A stretch of DNA of 48,148 bases, filler included, from Dimargaris cristalligena (lineage: Eukaryota), in assembly GCA_003614675.1 (NCBI GenBank). It is 2 parts of 2 records of this genome, joined end to end, with 100 filler letters (N's around TTAATTAATTAA, not from the genome) between each part and the next. Parts side by side here need not be neighbours in the genome. Positions count along the whole stretch, not along the records: positions 1 to 24,036 come from ML002598.1; positions 24,137 to 48,148 come from ML002599.1. One strand, written 5' to 3'. The notes beneath the pieces are model-generated. The model made no database searches. It was not told the origin of the DNA and worked only from the letters and a program-made list of their open reading frames with translations. Shown here one piece after another: positions 12,701 to 24,439 of this stretch. The first letter of the stretch is position 1. Every line of letters starts with the position of its first letter. Both the position numbers and the translations under genes were made by a program.

Positions 12701-15700
12701 GGGACCGGGGTGCATCTTCGTCCACTTCATTCCCGGTATGTATTAATGGACGTCGTCAGTGAGAAATATTACCCATGTGCTTCAAATACATTGGCACAGG
12801 ATACCTGGTGGGGAGAGAGAGGGGGGGAGGTAACCGGCTGTACAGTATGAATTAACTGTAGCCGACTCCCGCGACGTGTATGCCGCTTGGCCAACTGAAG
12901 TGAACCATCAACCAAGGGTGAAATTGCATTTAAGCGGAAAGTGCCTTGTCCGGTAAGGCAATTAAATAAAGAGAGTGAGCGAAGGCGACTTTTTTCCTTG
13001 TCCAGTAATTGGTCTTTAATGGGGCGCTCTCATCACCAGCATTCGGGTTTGGTTCCAGGGGTCGCGGGTGCCTAGTGGCTGACCAGGCGGGGGGATCTTG
13101 CATCAGGCAAGACCAAGATAGCGGCTCTAAATTAAAGGGAGGGGATGCTGATGAGCCCCCCAAACCGGTAGTCCCGCCTTTTTCCCAAGCAAGCGACGGG
13201 CCGGGCCGCGAGGCCAGAGGAGAGGAGAGTGCCTTTTGCACCCGACGGTGGGCAGAGACGGGGCGAAACGCGCGCCGCACGGTGAACCAGAGAGGTTATA
13301 TTTCCAGGCTCGTTCTGCTCGTCGGGAAGGCATGCGTATGTACCGATGCACATGGGCGTGCGTACGTCCCAAATTTGGGATTTATTCACCAGGACAGACA
13401 GGGCAGTAAAGAAAAGAAATGAAATGGAAAAAAAAACTAGGACATAAGAGCAGATGATTATTTTTCTTGGTCGGTAAACTAGAGAAACATCTCGCAGTAC
13501 TTAACGACATGAGGACAAAAGCCCGGTCGGCGGAACCTTTGAGCAAGAACCCGAAAGAAGGAAGGGGAGCTCTACTAATACTCGCCCCGTCCTACGGCCC
13601 ACCTTGCTCTCCCTCCCCTTGCCCATCGGCGCCTTAATTTGGGCGGTTCGGGTGGGACCAAGGGCGGTAAAAGGATGTTCTCTAGCATCGGCAAAGGGCG
13701 GATTAGCGGACTGGCCTAAATGGGCGACTTCAGCCTGTGGCTTGCGTTATGGGGTACCCAGGGGGATGAAAACCACCGAGACTAGACCAAGCGGAAGGGG
13801 AAAAATGGAGGGAGGGGGGGAAGGAGCCAAACCACGCTGGTCTCGGTTACACGGTCGGTGCTTCAATGATTCGCCTGTACCACGGTTGAGAATGTGAAGG
13901 GCAAAGTGGCTTACCAGTATAAAGTGGCCGTCGCCGAGGCGGAAGGGTATGCATCTTTAGGGGCCCAGTGATTCTGCAATGGGTGGGATAATTGAAGGGG
14001 CGAATGAATGGGGCAGTAACGGCCCCCAGGGTGATGGATGATCCCCCCATAGGGATGCCTCGAAATACGTACGTTGGAGTGAGGGGATGGCACCGTATTA
14101 ACAGTGGAAATGACAGTAATAGTGGAGGGAGTGTAAGTAAAATAGTCGAACACTCGGCTATTTAGGTGCACCACAGTAGGGCTAATCGGTAGAGTACTTC
14201 CTTCCCGGTTCGTGAATAATTGAGACTAAAACTGGGCGATGATGTGAGGAAGGGATTAGGCCAAATGTCCCACCCAGACGCCCTTCATGATTGCCGGGTT
14301 GTGTGTGTGTCCGTCTACCCAAAACCATCCTCCCCTCTAACCCACGCACATCCCTCGGCCCTTGCCCAGGGGGAGGAGACCCACCACTTACTTTTAGCTA
14401 TTGAGGGTACTCGGAACGTGAAGGCGAACGGGGGAGTAGCATCCCTTTCGTCCCAATTCCCAACAAACTATCGTGAAGAGGAGTGTGTGGAATACAGCCG
14501 TATCTTAAAAGCTATTTCTGGTCGTCTTTTTGGGCTAGCGCGTGTAGGTAGGTAGATAGATAGATAAGTGTGCCGTTTCTCACCGCCCTTGGCATTGCCT
14601 AATACCAGATTGGGAAAAGAAGGGGGCTCGCAAAGGTGAAGGTTTAAAGCAGAGTGGAATAGGCCGGACTGAAGCGGCTACACAAAGACTTGGTTCTGAC
14701 AGGTCTAATTTGGTCGAGCGCGCCTATTATACAGAGGGACTCTCGGGCTGGAAGGGTGAAGGAACCTAGGAGAGAGGGGGTGGTGGTACAGAATATTCGG
14801 ACCATTTTCTTCACCAGTCTATTTCGAGGGTCGCGCCATTCATCGTTAAGCAGGGTTAACTACACAGCCATATACCCTCCCTATCTTCCTGACCGGTTTC
14901 TCTTTGTTTGTGGCTTGATTCGTCAGTATTTCCCTTGAGCTATATTATCTCCTGAACCCTTTGGGCCACGCCAGTAAATTGTTGGCAGTAAGTAGACTCG
15001 CAGTGCTGGAGAGAGCGGGGTAACTTCTGCCCCCCTCCCTTATTGTCCTCCCCTACCCCTCCCCCTTCATAATAATTGAAGTGCAATACAACCATTATGT
15101 ACGTTGGCTTTGGGACATTGTACGACGCGCCTACTTGCCAGTTATAGCAGGCAAGTTGGCCTCCCTCCCCTCTTCCCTTCCATACTCTCTTTCACTCCGT
15201 CTTATTTTAGCTGTAAGTCTTCGCTTTAGTATACCATCACACTCTTCTCCTTAACTGGCCTGGGATAACGTCCCTCTCATTCAGTAGGTTTACCCCGGCA
15301 ATAACCAGCGGACTGAATGGCCTAAAATAGGGAATGGGCGAGGTTAAGAATAAATCTCCTTAAAAGAACAGACAAGATGATTAAACAATTGCCCTATAGT
15401 AGTCACGCATACCCCCTACGCTAGCACATACTCTATAAATATACATATTGAGTCTGGATTGATGAGAAGGGGGGAAAGACCCGGAAGGCCTAAACGTGCG
15501 AGGATCATTCGTAAATTGGGCCCCAAGTAACGCTCTGCCACATCCCTTCCACTCCCAATATAACCAGATTCAGCAGGCTAACCATGAGCTTTTTGAGAGG
15601 GATAGGGCGGTTAATCCAAGACTATGGAAGACTCGGTAATTCTTTTTAGTAAGATCCTAACCCCCTTACCACCCTCCCCCTCACTTTACGCATTTCCGCT

Positions 15701-16943
15701 AGGTTGCCGTATTTAGATATTTTCCCCACTCTCTCTACCTCCCTCCAATCTATTTGCAATCCGCTATTCTTACGAAAGCTAACGGAAATAGCGTAGGCGG
15801 TCGTGCCTTGGCCTTGTAATTCATTCCTAATCATTCGACCAGCTAGGCCAATGCAGGCGCCTCGAGTGAATGGAGGGGAGGGGGGAAGAGAATATGTGGT
15901 AACCCACAAAGACTGGGCGTGGATGTTTGGAAACCCGACTTCGGTATCGATGGGTCCAGGGGCAGCAATACAGTTTGTGGGTACTGTGCCGGATCGATAG
16001 TCACACCCCTTCATTATCCAGCCTCTTCATTTAAGACTGTGGAATTCGGTATTGGCGACCTAGTTGAGCCGAATGTGGCTTACTTACCCGCCAATGTGGG
16101 GGGGGGGGTCGATGCACCTGGAAGAGAGTAACAATTCGGGTGTTCGATCACTTTAGGAATACATAAATGGTTCAAGGTCTACTACTATCAGTGGATATGC
16201 CGGTGCTGGGCTGCATCCAATGATGGATGCACAATGCCGCCTTCCCATATAGACATTGGTTTAGTAAATGAAACTGACCAACTAGGGAAACGGTGAGATG
16301 AATACCACCTATCCGCCTTTTCCCTACTACTACCCCTTACTTGTCCATCAGGTAGGTGGGCTGGGTGCCATTACGGATCGTTTGCATTCCGTTGGCGAGA
16401 GGCATCTGCTCCAGAGGAATAAAATGGGTCAGCCCAGTGGTATGGCCCTAAATGGCAGAAAACGACGGTCCCATATTAAGAGCTCGCACTGACCGTACCG
16501 GCCACCTCCGAGATTCACGCATCATCTGGATTTCCGAGTGAGGCGTCGCGGGTATGCACAAAATTGACAGGCGATGTATTCTATTTTGTTTTAGGGAGAG
16601 AACATCACCCCCGAAAGGGATATGGTGCTGCGCCATTTCACCCAAATTGGCGGGTTATAAGGTCTGTCAATTTGGTACTAACATGTCCTACACCCTGGTC
16701 GTCTCGGCGGGCTGTTCCTTCGCCAGCGTGGCGAATCTATGGTTTTTTTCCCCATTGATTCCCCCGGGTATCCTATTTTATTTTAATCTTTTTAAAATAA
16801 TTGTTTCAGGTGGCTGTGCAATTTCTCCCCGCCTTTATTATCAAGTATTATGGATAGTACGCTCCTGGGCTATGCGGTAGTGTTAATGGGCCGAACTTCC
16901 TTTTGGGAATTAAAACCATGGCAGTGGCCATATGTCTATGCTA

Positions 16944-16995
16944 ATGAATCGATTATTCTACCCCGAAACTATGAATCGACTATTCTACCCAGAAA
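16944..16995 (+). repeat. Imperfect 27-bp tandem duplication
   Basis: ATGAATCGATTATTCTACCCCGAAACT followed by ATGAATCGACTATTCTACCCAGAAA. Confidence 0.85.
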
Positions 16996-18752
16996 GCATG
17001 GATTGGTTGTGCAAACCCCACAACATTGGTATAGGCATCAAACTGGCCGAAATCTCGGGCTAAACCTCTGATTCGTGGGTTCAATTCAGACGGAGCCAAT
17101 GGCGAGTATTATACTGGCCATTGATGCCGCCAGACCCAGTAATTGTTGCCGTATTTAACACGACTGCCGCAGCGGGGTAGAGGGCTCCCTCCTCCTCTAT
17201 TGATGATGTATATTTAGGGAGATTACATCAGGAGCGGCGAAAGGCCTGCTTTACTGCTACGCTACATAAAGGAGGGTGGTGGTTTTTACAAAGAAGAGAG
17301 GATTCCAACCTACCAATTACCGCCTTTTCGGCAGGAGTCGCGAGGGTCCGGGAGGAGGGGGGTAGTTAACAGGTGAGATACCGAACGACTCAATTAGGCC
17401 GAATTCGCGGGGATATGAAAGGGCGGGATAGAATCCTTTCCCCAACGGCTCCGAAATCTCCGTAAGGTTGCCCGTTGGTCGGCGGTAGTCGGGGGGATAA
17501 ATGTCAGAGAAAAAAAAGGCCTTCGCCAACGAATGGGCGGGATGGTGGGAAGGGACCGGGGAGAGAGCGACGTTCTCTGTTCAACCCTGAGTTAAGGGCG
17601 TGTGTATAGAAAGAGAGAGCCCTTGCCTTGTAGTGGACGAGAGGGTCAATCACACGCCGCCCCCTACAGTCATTGGAGCTATTAAAGTCCCGTACAAAGC
17701 CACACGTCACCACCACCACTCTGCCCGTGGGGTCACCCCACACATTCGTATAATATAATGTGCCGGCTAAGGGCTGTAGTAGCCGGTCGGAGGAGAAAGA
17801 CGAAAGGACCGGTGTTGATTGTTGGCCCCAGCCCAAACTTTCCCCCCAGATACTCAAGGGATGGAAAGTAAAATGCCCCAGGCTAGCATTGAAATGGGAA
17901 CGGCGGTCGGAGGAGATGAGTAGTAGCGAGTCCAGAGAAATTCACACCATTGTTGACGAACCACCCGACTTTTAAACTCTGGCTTGACGGACTAGCGCCT
18001 GAGAATGAATGGGGAAGGTTCGCCATGGCCTAAATGGATATTTGGCCCAATCAAGGTTTTACCTTAACGTCACCTTGGCACAGGGAGAGAGGGTACGATT
18101 TGATCCGAAGGGTGGGGTATTGTATAGTAAATGCCTAGAGAAATGCGAGTATAACCCCGGGTAAGGATTGAGGCCAAGTTGGTAGTACCTAGCTAGAGGA
18201 ATCGGGCGGGAATTATTATTATCAGGATATCTTCTATTTGCTTTATCTGGCAGGTTGTTGGGGGAACTCCCTCATCCAAATGAAGGGAAACCCGCCGCCA
18301 TCCTATAGTCGTATAGGTGTCAGTTGAATCACAATCTATTTACGGGTGAGCGACGGATAATGCAAACAGCCGGAAAGCGGCCATGGGGGAGGGAAACGTG
18401 GGTTTGGTGTTGGAGAGGGGGGGGTTGAGTAGCCGCTACTATCAAACAGGCTGACCATGTCCGTTAAGCTCTCGATAACGGGCGCCAGCCTCCGCCCCAC
18501 GCCGACCCTGCTAGTACAATACTTGTGTGGATTGCAAGGGTAATTAGGGTATATATTTACCGATGGGCTTTTTTACAAGGGCGCCCTGTTCGACCAGCCA
18601 ACTAACCAATTTATTGACCACGTACTCTACTTATTTGTAAATAACCAGTCGGAGGGCCCATCGGTTGTTATCTGCCGAGCACTCTAATTGATAGATGCCC
18701 TTATATTATAGCGGCATTGGTGGTTCGATTCAATTGCTTGGCACACAAGCGG

Positions 18753-18835
18753 GAGGTACATGGGTGTTATAGCAGCTAGAGGTACATGAGTGCTATAGCA
18801 GCTAGAGGTACATGAGTGCTATAGCAGCTAGAGGT
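18753..18835 (+). repeat. Minisatellite, 26-bp unit x ~3.2
   Basis: GAGGTACATGAGTGCTATAGCAGCTA repeated head to tail; the first unit has 2 mismatches. Confidence 0.95.
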
Positions 18836-19377
18836 GGGCTGGTTTGGGTAAGAAAGGGAAAGGGGGAAGTTGGGGAGGAAGATCACTAGAAAGGGTCAAG
18901 TGAGTAACTTATTATTACTAGGAGAGGGAGAAGAAGGGAGAGGGTGGGGGGAGTTTCCCCACCACTACCATAATTAGTGCATAACAAGGGACCGCCCCCT
19001 TTTTTTATTCCCCTCCCTCCCCTCAATCTGGATCCATTGATTCTCCCACCCCTTATTATACCAACCACCACCCCCCCCCCTCATTCAGTCCCCCCGACCA
19101 GAACCAGTAGTAATGGTGGTGGAGGACCCTCTTTTTGTCCGCGCCTTACTACTGTTTTCCCACTCTATTTCCGTGGACCCGGTTTTGTACCCGCCGTCCC
19201 AAACAGGCGAGGAAAGAAGGCCGCCGTCACTTTTTTACTCCCCTCCTTTCCCAACCGCATACACACACACACCAACCACTCTCTCTCTCGTTCACTGGTT
19301 GGTGGATAGGGTGTGTGTATGCGCGCATATACCCGCGCCCACCAACTTTCCGACTGGCCAGCCGGTGCCCCCTCCTG

Positions 19378-19384
19378 TATAAAA
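19378..19384 (+). promoter_or_regulatory. Candidate TATA box of the kinase gene
   Basis: TATAAAA in a GC-rich context, followed by ~900 nt of pyrimidine-rich leader-like sequence up to the ATG. Confidence 0.5.
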
Positions 19385-20297
19385 GGACCGGGCCTGCCCC
19401 GCCTTCTTCCAACTCACCACCAACCACTGAGTTGAAGTACTTTCTCTCGCACTCACTCGCTTGTACCTTTTGCGCTCCCTATTAACTTGTTCGCGTTTCA
19501 CTTGCCTTGCCCCCTCGTTATACTCCTTTGTTGCTCCCCCTTTCACTGCAATCAGCTACTGAAGAAACCTCTTTAAATATTCACCATTCCTGCAGCTACC
19601 AAGATCTAAAGCACACCTTCTCTCTCTCTCCCATTAATTCGCTTTGATTAATACTGCTATTCTTCTCGTCTCTTGTGTAATCCCTGTGCGCCGCCTGTAT
19701 AACTAACACACATACACACACTCTCTTTCGTTTTACCCCCCGGACCTTGAACGAGCTGCCCCATCTTTTCCATGACTGGGAGAATAGGCTGCTCATTTGA
19801 TTTGGACACTATTCTTACTATCCATGCCCAGTGTCGGTTCCAGCCTTCCACCACCACCACCTATTGATTGTCAGTTTTGGTCAATGGTCTTTCTTGTGCT
19901 GTGTATAGTTAGTTGTTGCTGAAGCATCCACCACTACACCCAACACAACCCACGCAACCTCCCCCCTCTTGGTTCACGTGGCTCACAGTCGCCAACCAAG
20001 GCAAGGGACCCTTACCTTATTTTTACAGTCGTTCACACCGACCCGCAGTCCACACACCTCTTCTTCCTTGCGCAGTTCCGTTCCGCCGGACCCGCTGCTT
20101 GGCTCCATTGACTACGCCATTGACGCTTAATTTACCCTTCCTCACCCAATGAATTGATGCCCTCAGGCGTTCCGTTGTCTATCGTCCGCGGTCGCCTTTT
20201 CTAAACCCTCCTTCCCCCCCAATTCCTTCCTCGGCTACTCCTAGGCTTCTCTTCGTTCTTCTATTTCGTTTCCACTGCTATTATTTATTGTGTCATA

Positions 20298-22154
20298 ATG
20301 TTGTCTCACGTTGACAATAACTTTCAGCCGACCATGCTAGGCCTTAAAATCGGCCAAGGCCGCTACGAGTTCATCGAATTGATTGGTGTTGGCACGTACG
20401 GCGAGGTATATCTGACTCGGGATAACCACACCGGTGATTTGTACGCTACCAAGTGCATCCGCAAGGCCGACTTTGACACCAAAACCTGCTCCTACGCCAA
20501 CGAGATTGCCCTGCAAAGTAAGCTGCCCCCCCACCCCAATGTGGCCCGCTTTATGTTCGCCGAGACCTGGGACGAACACGTGTTCATTGTTATGGAGTTT
20601 TGCCCTGGTGGCGACCTGTACGATAACATTGTCAACAATCCGGTGTTCAAGGGGTCCTCCAACAATAATGTGGTCCACCGCGTCTTTTTCCAACTCCTGG
20701 ATGCCGTTGAGCACTGCCATAAGCACGGGGTGTACCACCGGGATCTTAAGCCCGAGAACGTGCTGGTCATTGACAATGGACGTCTAGTCAAGCTCATTGA
20801 CTTTGGCCTAGCCACCGAGCGGATACGCTCCTGTGATTTCGGCTGCGGTTCTTCGTATTACATGAGCCCCGAGTGCCAGGGTGGCCTGGACGGCCGTTGC
20901 ATGGCCTACGATACGGTGGCCAACGACGTATGGTCGCTCGGTGTCATCCTGGTCAACCTGGCCAGTGGCCGCAATCCCTGGAACCAGGCCATCATGTCGG
21001 ATCCCATCTTCCGCGCCTTCGTTAATAATCCCGACTTCTTGAGCACAGCCCTGCCCATTACGGACGAATTCAACCACATCATTAAGCGGGTCTTCACCCT
21101 GGACCCTTACGAGCGCTGCCGTCTACCCGAGCTGCGCAATCTGGTCCGTAAGTGCCGCCACTTTATGCGCCCCAATCCTGCCGATTTGGCCCCCTCTCCC
21201 AGCTCCTCCCATGTGGTGGCCCACCATCCCCAACCCCAGCAGCAACCGTATGTGCACCACCCCCGGCATTACCGTCCCCCCAAGTCCACCAAGGCCACCA
21301 AGTCTAAGCCCATCACCCCACCCGCTGGACCTGCGTCTCGGGCCATTCGCACCGGCGCACCCCCCACCGTCGCCCGGATTGCGACGCCACCACCACCACC
21401 CGCACCGCTACCATCGCACCCAATGGCGGCTGGTTACATGGAGGAGGAGGTCGACGAAAATGCCATGCTTGTAGTCCCAGCGAGCAGGGGCGAACCCGAC
21501 CTGTTTGGTTGCAGCCTGGCTTCCACCGCGTACTTGGGCGACGACGGGCCCCCTTCCCCCGGGCACGACTTTGTGGTGGTACCGGCCGGTATGGACGATG
21601 GGTTCGGCATGTCGTCCGGTTCGGACGAGCCGGACACCCCCACCACAGTTGTCGAGTTTCCGTTGCAGTCCGAGCGCCCTGAAGGCATCTCGATTCCTTC
21701 TCCTGGCCCACCCAGTAGCAAGCTCATTCATCACATTGTGACCAAGACCCCCTTTGACTTCACTCAGGATGCCGAGATGGACCACACCCTCATGTCCCTG
21801 CGCACCCCCGTGAATAACTTGTTATACAGCGGTCTGCTCTATCACCTCGAGCCGGCGGCTATTCTATCCGACGACCCCTACATGCAGGCCATGATGGTCT
21901 CCGCCCGGGGTGGCTACGCGGATACGCTGGCCTACAAACCCACCGATGGTGGTGGTACCCAGCGTCCCCCCCAGTACATCGCGGATGCGGCCGCTGCTGC
22001 TGTTCCAACTTCCGGTACCGAGTTTAGCCTCCACACCTACATCCCAATCGAGACGGATAGCTCCGAGCCTGTCAGTCTGACCAACCACCCCAACTTTATC
22101 CCCAGTCGCTACATGGTCAACCCCGGTGGAGCAAACTACACACCCATTTACTAA
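20298..22154 (+). CDS. ran1: Ser/Thr protein kinase, Ran1/Pat1 (SKS1/VHS1-like) family, 618 aa, with a Pro/Ser-rich low-complexity C-terminal tail
   Basis: All kinase motifs are present: GVGTYGEV, YATK, HRDLKPEN, DFG, SPE, DVWSLG. The FGCGSSYYMSPECQGG and GRNPWNQA motifs match the Ran1-family pattern. Single ORF with GC-rich codon usage. Confidence 0.92.
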   Translation: MLSHVDNNFQPTMLGLKIGQGRYEFIELIGVGTYGEVYLTRDNHTGDLYATKCIRKADFDTKTCSYANEIALQSKLPPHPNVARFMFAETWDEHVFIVMEFCPGGDLYDNIVNNPVFKGSSNNNVVHRVFFQLLDAVEHCHKHGVYHRDLKPENVLVIDNGRLVKLIDFGLATERIRSCDFGCGSSYYMSPECQGGLDGRCMAYDTVANDVWSLGVILVNLASGRNPWNQAIMSDPIFRAFVNNPDFLSTALPITDEFNHIIKRVFTLDPYERCRLPELRNLVRKCRHFMRPNPADLAPSPSSSHVVAHHPQPQQQPYVHHPRHYRPPKSTKATKSKPITPPAGPASRAIRTGAPPTVARIATPPPPPAPLPSHPMAAGYMEEEVDENAMLVVPASRGEPDLFGCSLASTAYLGDDGPPSPGHDFVVVPAGMDDGFGMSSGSDEPDTPTTVVEFPLQSERPEGISIPSPGPPSSKLIHHIVTKTPFDFTQDAEMDHTLMSLRTPVNNLLYSGLLYHLEPAAILSDDPYMQAMMVSARGGYADTLAYKPTDGGGTQRPPQYIADAAAAAVPTSGTEFSLHTYIPIETDSSEPVSLTNHPNFIPSRYMVNPGGANYTPIY

Positions 22155-24036
22155 AGCGTAATGGATCTTCTTACTCTCTCCACCCCACTATATAACCTTA
22201 TTTTACCAATTTCCTTGCACTTTTTATTGGCGGTCTCCCCTTGCGCCTCATTTCATTCCCACTTGTGGTCTATTCTTTACCATCTCGCACTAATATTGCA
22301 GCAATTGCCATAGCCCCCCTCTCTCTTCACCTCTTATCATGTGTATTATGCCCCCCTTCGCTTAATAATGACTTCAGTCTCCTTCTTCATCTATTGATAT
22401 CCCCCTTACTCACCCCTATTCTAATGTTGACCATATTTTGGCTTGCTGGGTGAGGGATCCTTCCACTGTATTTTTTTTTTTGCCCACAACTAGCAACGTT
22501 CTTTGACGGGTTGTATTATTCATCGACTTTATTATTCAAAAGTTCGTTTTGGAAACCCCCCCCTCCCCCCATGTATTTCTGTAACCCCTCCTTCGCCTAT
22601 GTAGTTTTATGCCCTTTGTGCAACCGGTATACTCCCTGTTTACTTCTAGGGTCGATTTCCCCTGACCAGCCCAATTAACACCGTATACCATTAATGGTTA
22701 TCACAACTCACTTTGGTGTTGATTGTATTTTGTACCCCCAATAAACATTTTCACTTAAACCTGGGAAATCAATTCTCATCCGGTTTTTATTTTATTTCTT
22801 GAATAATGATATAGTATTTCAAAGGGGCTGTGGTGGGGTTGGGCGATTAATCAAAAAGTAACTTATGGTGAGGCCATGGGATCTAGTCCCCTTCAGCCAT
22901 TAATTCCATCGGCCTTATTAATTATACTTTATATTATTAATGTAATAACCCGATTTAACTATCACGTCGTTATTATGAAGGTTCCGTCCCTCCTTTCCCT
23001 TTCAATTTTATCGGACTGGGAAGTTGGGAGGATAAGAATGTTACGACATGGGAGAGAGAGAGGAGGGGAGGGGGCGTGGTGGGAAAACCGACATGGTGAC
23101 CAGCCAGCTGACATAAGTGGCACGAAAATCCTTTTCAAATGAAGCGTATTCCATATAGACTTAAAACGCTTATGACTCAATCAACTGAATAGGCATAGAT
23201 TTATGTTGCAGTAAATCACCCGACTAAACATACTTTTTGGCCATTATCATTCAGGGCGCTGCAAAAAAAAGTTCTATAATACATTTATTACCAGACATAG
23301 AGTTCACCCAGGTCCTGTTGGAAAATAAGCAATATTCCCAATGATTCGTCTGATGTACTAGTCATATGGATATATAATGTACTATTAAAAAAAAAGTGCT
23401 GCTTCATTTCCATCCAGAATAAAGCCATTCCGTATCTTAAGCAATTGACTATAGCATTTTCGAAAGGTGTTACCCTTTGGCTATTAATGAACTACCCATC
23501 ACCTCGATTGCTATTTGATTGAAGCGGCGATGTATTTTATAACACTGACGGGGGCTCTAGCCGACCAAGCCAGCCGAATTATACCCCCCCCGCGTGCGAT
23601 ACACACTTAACCCCAGTAGTTTTATAAGGCCCCCGTTTGTTAGGGCATATAATACACAGGTTAAGGGTTCAGTTGCCTCCATCACATATTTTACCCTCTC
23701 ACCATTGCAATCCGCAAATGTTGGGGTTGAATATACCCTCCACCAACTTATTCCTGCATTAGCGCGGCGGAAGTACAGGTCGGTTAAATGATACATCAAA
23801 GGGACTCGGAGAACTGTATCTACTATCTGTTTTGAATATACTGTCACCCGAGTTAACCACTCTTAGTCCGTCAAGAGTCTCAGGGGTAGGCTTCTAACAG
23901 TAGGCGGGGCGTTGGACACGGCCAAGCGGGCTACTAGTGTTAGGGGGGGATGACAGGACTAACCGAATGAAGCAAGTGTAAGATGTAGGCGAGGTCCGTG
24001 CACTAGATGCACACTTACTGGTCAGTACTAGGGGGT

Positions 24037-24136
24037 NNNNNNNNNNNNNNNNNNNNNNNNNNNNNNNNNNNNNNNNNNNNTTAATTAATTAANNNNNNNN
24101 NNNNNNNNNNNNNNNNNNNNNNNNNNNNNNNNNNNN
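24037..24136. other. Assembly gap: 44 N + TTAATTAATTAA + 44 N
   Basis: Seen directly. TTAATTAATTAA is a six-frame-stop linker used when joining contigs, so contiguity across the gap is uncertain. Confidence 0.97.
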
Positions 24137-24439
24137 AAATTTTGGTGTCAATTTGTTTAGGGTTAATTTTCTTCTACTTTTTTTCTTTACAATAAAACTA
24201 CATTTACTATTACCTTGGATTACTTGGATTTATATACCTTTGAAAGTTGTGGTTGCCAAGGAAATGGTCCTTTTGAGCTTCCAAACTGGTATTTTTTATA
24301 TTGGATTACTTTGGTTCAAAACTTTATACAGTTGGTTTTATTATTTTTCATTTGAGTGACAAACCAGTTCGCCTGGAGAAGCCACTCTGCCCTTTTGATA
24401 GTATTTTTGTTGTTCATTTTAGTGGCCTGACACCACCAC

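Noticed and set aside
12220-14555. Several overlapping 100-170 aa ORFs on both strands
   Set aside because: No recognisable domains, many non-ATG starts, and none of the codon bias seen in the real genes.
17040-17098. tRNA-like GGGTTCAATTC...GCCA
   Set aside because: The T-stem and acceptor stem do not pair, so no cloverleaf forms.
18753-18835. 26-bp repeats as a CRISPR array
   Set aside because: Units are head to tail with no spacers, the context is eukaryotic and there are no cas genes.
24081-24092. Palindromic TTAATTAATTAA within the N run
   Set aside because: Artificial six-frame-stop scaffolding linker, not biology.
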